Virus record (IMG/VR): IMGVR_UViG_3300014204_000107
Location: 171,468 to 235,467 of that record
DNA length: 64,000 nt
Direction: 5' to 3' (one strand)
From: a virus
Lineage: Duplodnaviria; Heunggongvirae; Uroviricota; Caudoviricetes
The notes under the pieces are model-generated. The model ran no database searches, had not been told where the DNA came from, and saw only the letters and a list, made by a program, of their open reading frames with translations. Numbering within the stretch: position 1 is the first letter of the stretch; each line of letters opens with the position of its first letter. Positions 60,430 to 64,000 of the stretch are shown piece by piece. Made by a program: the position numbers and the translations under genes.

Positions 60430-61653
60430 ATGGCATATGCACAATATGAACAAATAGATATATGGAAAGATAGTCCGCAAGTAATAACTGCTACTAATGG
60501 ATTAACTCCGTGGGGTTATTACGATGATGACAGTGCATTTCAAATAGATGCATATAATTTTTCCAAATTTGCTGCTAGGTGGCTCGGATATCCTATTATT
60601 GATATTGAATTGCAAGATATAAATTTTTATACTGCATTTGAAGACGCAGTAAATGAATATGCCAACCAAGTTAACCAATTTAATATTAAAAGTTATTTAT
60701 TTTCATTGCAAGGATTGCCAACTGCGTCAATACAAGATGGCAATTTAACGCATAAACATATTGCTTCCAATTTAACAAATACAATGTTGATATCTAGCCA
60801 ATATGGTACAGAAGTTGGATTGGGCCCAAATGCTAAATGGTATGCGGGTGAAATTAATATAGTTATGGGTGAACAAGATTATGACTTGACTCCCATTATG
60901 GAAGCAGCGGGTGGTGAAGGATTTACATATGAAGTTCGTAGAGTATTCCATGAAGCACCACCAGCAATTGTTCGTTATTTTGACCCGTATGTTGGTACTG
61001 CATTAGCAAATGCAAATTTAATGGAATCATTTGGTTGGGGTGGTATGTCCCCTGCTATTAACTTTATGATGATGCCACTATATGGTGATATATTAAGAAT
61101 TCAAGCAATTGAAATGAATGACCAAGTTAGAAAATCTGCATATTCATTTGATATTAAAAATAATGTTTTAAAAGTATTTCCCGTTCCAAGTCGCGATTAT
61201 ACTACATATTTTCAATTTGTAAAAGTTGAAGAAAAGATGAATCCGTTCATGCTTGGCAGGAAAGAATTTAATAGCTATTATGGCAAAAACATGCCGACGG
61301 GCAATGGATTAATAGCTGACTTTTCAAATATACCGTATATGGCAATGTCATATGGTCAAATAAATTATCCAGGTAAACAATGGATTAGGCAGTATGCGTT
61401 AGGCAGTTCTAAAGAAATGTTAGGTATGGTTCGTTCTAAATACGCACAAATACCGGGGCCTAATGAAAATGTTACATTAGATGGTGATACACAGAGAAGT
61501 GAAGGTGCAGCAATGAAAGCAGACTTAATTACAAAATTAAGAGAAATGCTTGAAGCAACAACACAAACAGAGCAATTAAAACGCGAGCAAGAAAAAGCTA
61601 CCGCAATGGTAGAAATACTAAATAAAATTCCACTCCCGATTATAGTGGCATAA
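60430..61653 (+). CDS. gp13: Neck protein (T4 gp13-like head-tail adaptor)
   Basis: LGYPIIDIEL, WIRQYAL...KEMLG.VRSKY..IP.....LDG and C-terminal PLPI motifs. Confidence 0.82.
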   Translation: MAYAQYEQIDIWKDSPQVITATNGLTPWGYYDDDSAFQIDAYNFSKFAARWLGYPIIDIELQDINFYTAFEDAVNEYANQVNQFNIKSYLFSLQGLPTASIQDGNLTHKHIASNLTNTMLISSQYGTEVGLGPNAKWYAGEINIVMGEQDYDLTPIMEAAGGEGFTYEVRRVFHEAPPAIVRYFDPYVGTALANANLMESFGWGGMSPAINFMMMPLYGDILRIQAIEMNDQVRKSAYSFDIKNNVLKVFPVPSRDYTTYFQFVKVEEKMNPFMLGRKEFNSYYGKNMPTGNGLIADFSNIPYMAMSYGQINYPGKQWIRQYALGSSKEMLGMVRSKYAQIPGPNENVTLDGDTQRSEGAAMKADLITKLREMLEATTQTEQLKREQEKATAMVEILNKIPLPIIVA

Positions 61654-61668
61654 AACGCAGGAGGCACC

Positions 61669-62235
61669 ATGGATAAGTTGCAAGAATATGAACAAAAAAA
61701 AGACCAATTAGAAGATAAATTTGAACTTTTATCTAAAGAATATAATGCATTAAGGCACGCGGATGATTATAGGGGATTTGGCTGGGAATTTGATGTCAAA
61801 CTCCATAATGTAGTAATGCCGCATGATTTAAGGGAATTATTTAAATTATATCCAGATTTAGAAAATGAATCAATAGATATATTTGAAGATTTTATTGCAA
61901 TTAAAGCAGATGATTTAGTATCAGATTTACAGAGAACATTTAATTGGATTGGTGAAGGATTTCAAGTAGGTAGAGGTAGCGGATGGCTTGTATTAATTGA
62001 TAGAGATTATGAAAATTATGAATATAATATGAGCGAAATTGTGAATAACATATATTATAATGACTTTGAAGAAGCAGATAACGCGTTTTTAGATTGCTAT
62101 TCATATGTTAACGATAGAGCAGCCGAACTTAAAACCATTAAATCATATATTCACGAATATATTGGCAATCTTGGTGACTGGTTTTATGGTTATCTTAAAG
62201 AAAAAGGCATAATAAAAGATTATACAGGAGAATAA
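61669..62235 (+). CDS. Acidic hypothetical protein
   Basis: GGAGG RBS; 188 aa; GRGSGWL motif. Confidence 0.62.
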   Translation: MDKLQEYEQKKDQLEDKFELLSKEYNALRHADDYRGFGWEFDVKLHNVVMPHDLRELFKLYPDLENESIDIFEDFIAIKADDLVSDLQRTFNWIGEGFQVGRGSGWLVLIDRDYENYEYNMSEIVNNIYYNDFEEADNAFLDCYSYVNDRAAELKTIKSYIHEYIGNLGDWFYGYLKEKGIIKDYTGE

Positions 62236-62536
62236 TATGAAATTGGCTGAATTGAAACAATTGATTAAAGAATGCATTAATGAAGAAATAATTGCAGAGG
62301 GGGCAAGAATTAGATGGCGAAATTTACGAGTTGGTGATTATTTAATATGCATTAAAAATAAATTTGATGCTAAATTAGAGGTAGGGAAAAAATATAAAAT
62401 TATAAGTGTGTCTGAAAAAATGCATAGAATTTCAATTGAAATAGATGATAATCATATACCACACGGAATCACTGTTCCATCACCATATTTAACTCAATTT
62501 AGATTAATAAAAGATTATATAGGAGAATAATATGAA
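62210..62536 (+). repeat. 32-nt direct repeats flanking a leader cassette
   Basis: taataaaagattata(c/t)aggagaataatatgaa at 62210-62241 and 62505-62536, 31/32 identical. Confidence 0.85.
62237..62530 (+). CDS. Small leader-bearing protein (SH3-like cargo)
   Basis: MKLAELKQLIKECINEEIIAE; VGDYLICIK....LEVGKKYKI. Confidence 0.72.
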   Translation: MKLAELKQLIKECINEEIIAEGARIRWRNLRVGDYLICIKNKFDAKLEVGKKYKIISVSEKMHRISIEIDDNHIPHGITVPSPYLTQFRLIKDYIGE

Positions 62537-62786
62537 CAAATTAGAATTAAAACAATTAATTAAAGAAGAAGTTAGAATTGCATTGCAAGAAGATTCAAAC
62601 GAAGAAAGATTGGCAAAATTGAAGCAATCTGACCCAAAAATATTTCAAATAATAGACGCAGTAAGGGCAGCCGATAAAATACCAGAATCAGAAATTGATT
62701 ATATTGGTGAGCGTGATTATATAGCATATAATGCCGTGCTAAATATTGTTAGGGTTAAAAGAATTGAAACGCCATATGACGATTAA
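62532..62786 (+). CDS. Small protein with KQLIKEE leader
   Basis: MNKLELKQLIKEEVRIALQE. Confidence 0.75.
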   Translation: MNKLELKQLIKEEVRIALQEDSNEERLAKLKQSDPKIFQIIDAVRAADKIPESEIDYIGERDYIAYNAVLNIVRVKRIETPYDD

Positions 62787-62811
62787 TTATTAAATAAAAT
62801 AGTAGGATTAT

Positions 62812-63312
62812 ATGCCCTTATTTGGCGGTAAAAGAGATATAAGTTTATTTAGATTCATTAACAGGGAGTTAATTAATAAGATAGTTGACACGGCAGTTGA
62901 TGTATATAAGATAAGTTTATCTTCAACCAAGGCAAATTTATATGGAGAATCAACTAATAAAATTTATAAAGTAGCATTACGTTTACATTGTTTAGTACAT
63001 GACTTAAGAGAGCAAGAAATGAGCTATGAGGAATATGGCGTCACTGTAAACCAAAACGTTAATTTTACATTCTTAAGAGATGAATTAATGGATAAACAAT
63101 TAGTAATGGAGGCAGGAGATATAATTCAATGGAATGAAAAATATTGGGAAGTAGATACAGTAGTTGAAAATAAATTGTTTATAGGCAAAAATCCAGATAC
63201 AAATAAAGATTATGATGGCACGCATGGTTGGGATGTGGGTATAACGTGCAATACACATATGACAAGAAGAACAAAACTTAATATTGAACGTGCCAGAGCA
63301 GGCAATAATTAG
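62812..63312 (+). CDS. gp14: Neck/head-closure protein (T4 gp14-like)
   Basis: NLYGE, GDII.W...YWEV motifs; downstream of gp13. Confidence 0.7.
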   Translation: MPLFGGKRDISLFRFINRELINKIVDTAVDVYKISLSSTKANLYGESTNKIYKVALRLHCLVHDLREQEMSYEEYGVTVNQNVNFTFLRDELMDKQLVMEAGDIIQWNEKYWEVDTVVENKLFIGKNPDTNKDYDGTHGWDVGITCNTHMTRRTKLNIERARAGNN

Positions 63313-63321
63313 GAGTATAAT

Positions 63322-64000
63322 ATGAAATTAAAAGAATTAAGGCAATTAATAAGAGAATCTATTCAAGAAGTATTACTTGAAAGCTACGGTGACGGACTTA
63401 AACAGTTTGAAACAGATAATTATCATTTTAATAATCGAAATTCTTTTGATATTGCTGTTAAAAATATCAATAAATATTATAAAGATATAGATGTTGGTCA
63501 TTTTGATATGATTATTTCCCTTCCAAAAGGCAGTAAAATAGTTGATAAATTTGGTGTATCTGCTGATAGTTATAAACTAATTGATGAGGTGGTTCAAGAA
63601 ATATTGATGGCATCTCCTATGGAAAGCAAGCATTTTTATGATTCTCACCGAGATATCATATTACAAGATATAGAGCAATGGGCAAGTGAAAGCATGACAC
63701 TAACAGATGTAGCATTGGAGTTAGGATGGGACGAAGAGTCCGCAGCAAATAATTCTGATAGTACATTATATGGTGATTATGCAATACATATTGCAGGTAA
63801 TTACGATAAATATATTGGTAATCTAGAAGAGATTGAAGGAATGATAGATTTAAGAAATGATGTTAATGAAGAAGTATATAAAACAGGCGTAGATTCATCC
63901 AAATTTACTACTGCCGAAATAAAAGTAAAAATTAAACAGTTAGAAGATGATATAGAAGCATCAAAGAAAAGAAATGGGTCGGATGAATTCGTTCAAAGCA
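63322..64000 (+). CDS. Leader-bearing protein, 3'-truncated by the window edge (not in ORF track)
   Basis: AGGAG RBS; MKLKELRQLIRESIQEVLLESYG...; frame appears open to the window end. Confidence 0.72.
   Translation, partial: MKLKELRQLIRESIQEVLLESYGDGLKQFETDNYHFNNRNSFDIAVKNINKYYKDIDVGHFDMIISLPKGSKIVDKFGVSADSYKLIDEVVQEILMASPMESKHFYDSHRDIILQDIEQWASESMTLTDVALELGWDEESAANNSDSTLYGDYAIHIAGNYDKYIGNLEEIEGMIDLRNDVNEEVYKTGVDSSKFTTAEIKVKIKQLEDDIEASKKRNGSDEFVQS

Noticed and set aside
1-64000. tRNA or rRNA genes
   Set aside because: Intergenic gaps are short and no cloverleaf or T-loop motif was recognised by eye

Overview
A 64-kb, AT-rich segment of a large T4-like (myovirus-type) dsDNA phage, densely coded entirely on the + strand in the standard genetic code. 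In order: baseplate/tail-type genes; a CCA-adding enzyme split by a free-standing endonuclease; RuvC-like resolvase, primase and a fused Mre11-Rad50 (gp47-gp46); a ~3,590-aa Ser/Tyr hexapeptide-repeat fibre with LamG lectin genes; a nucleotidyltransferase/ligase-like protein and membrane (lysis-like) genes; then the head module (terminase, portal with two inteins, prohead protease with an intein, ribosomal protein bS21, scaffold, major capsid protein, a Hef-like endonuclease, neck proteins gp13/gp14). The most striking unexplained pattern is at least 13 unrelated ORFs, three missed by the ORF track, that share a ~20-aa N-terminal leader (MxxxELKQLIKEE...[LV]xE). It ends in a gp21-type protease site and may be a modular capsid-targeting tag on exchangeable cargo cassettes; one cargo is RMF-like. 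Other highlights: an RBS-occluding hairpin on the cca-splitting endonuclease, a Pro-1 class-3-like portal intein, a bS21 that may free the anti-Shine-Dalgarno, [ST]-[GAS]-S enrichment in external virion proteins, and three homopolymer frameshifts. All family calls come from motif recognition; no database searches were run.
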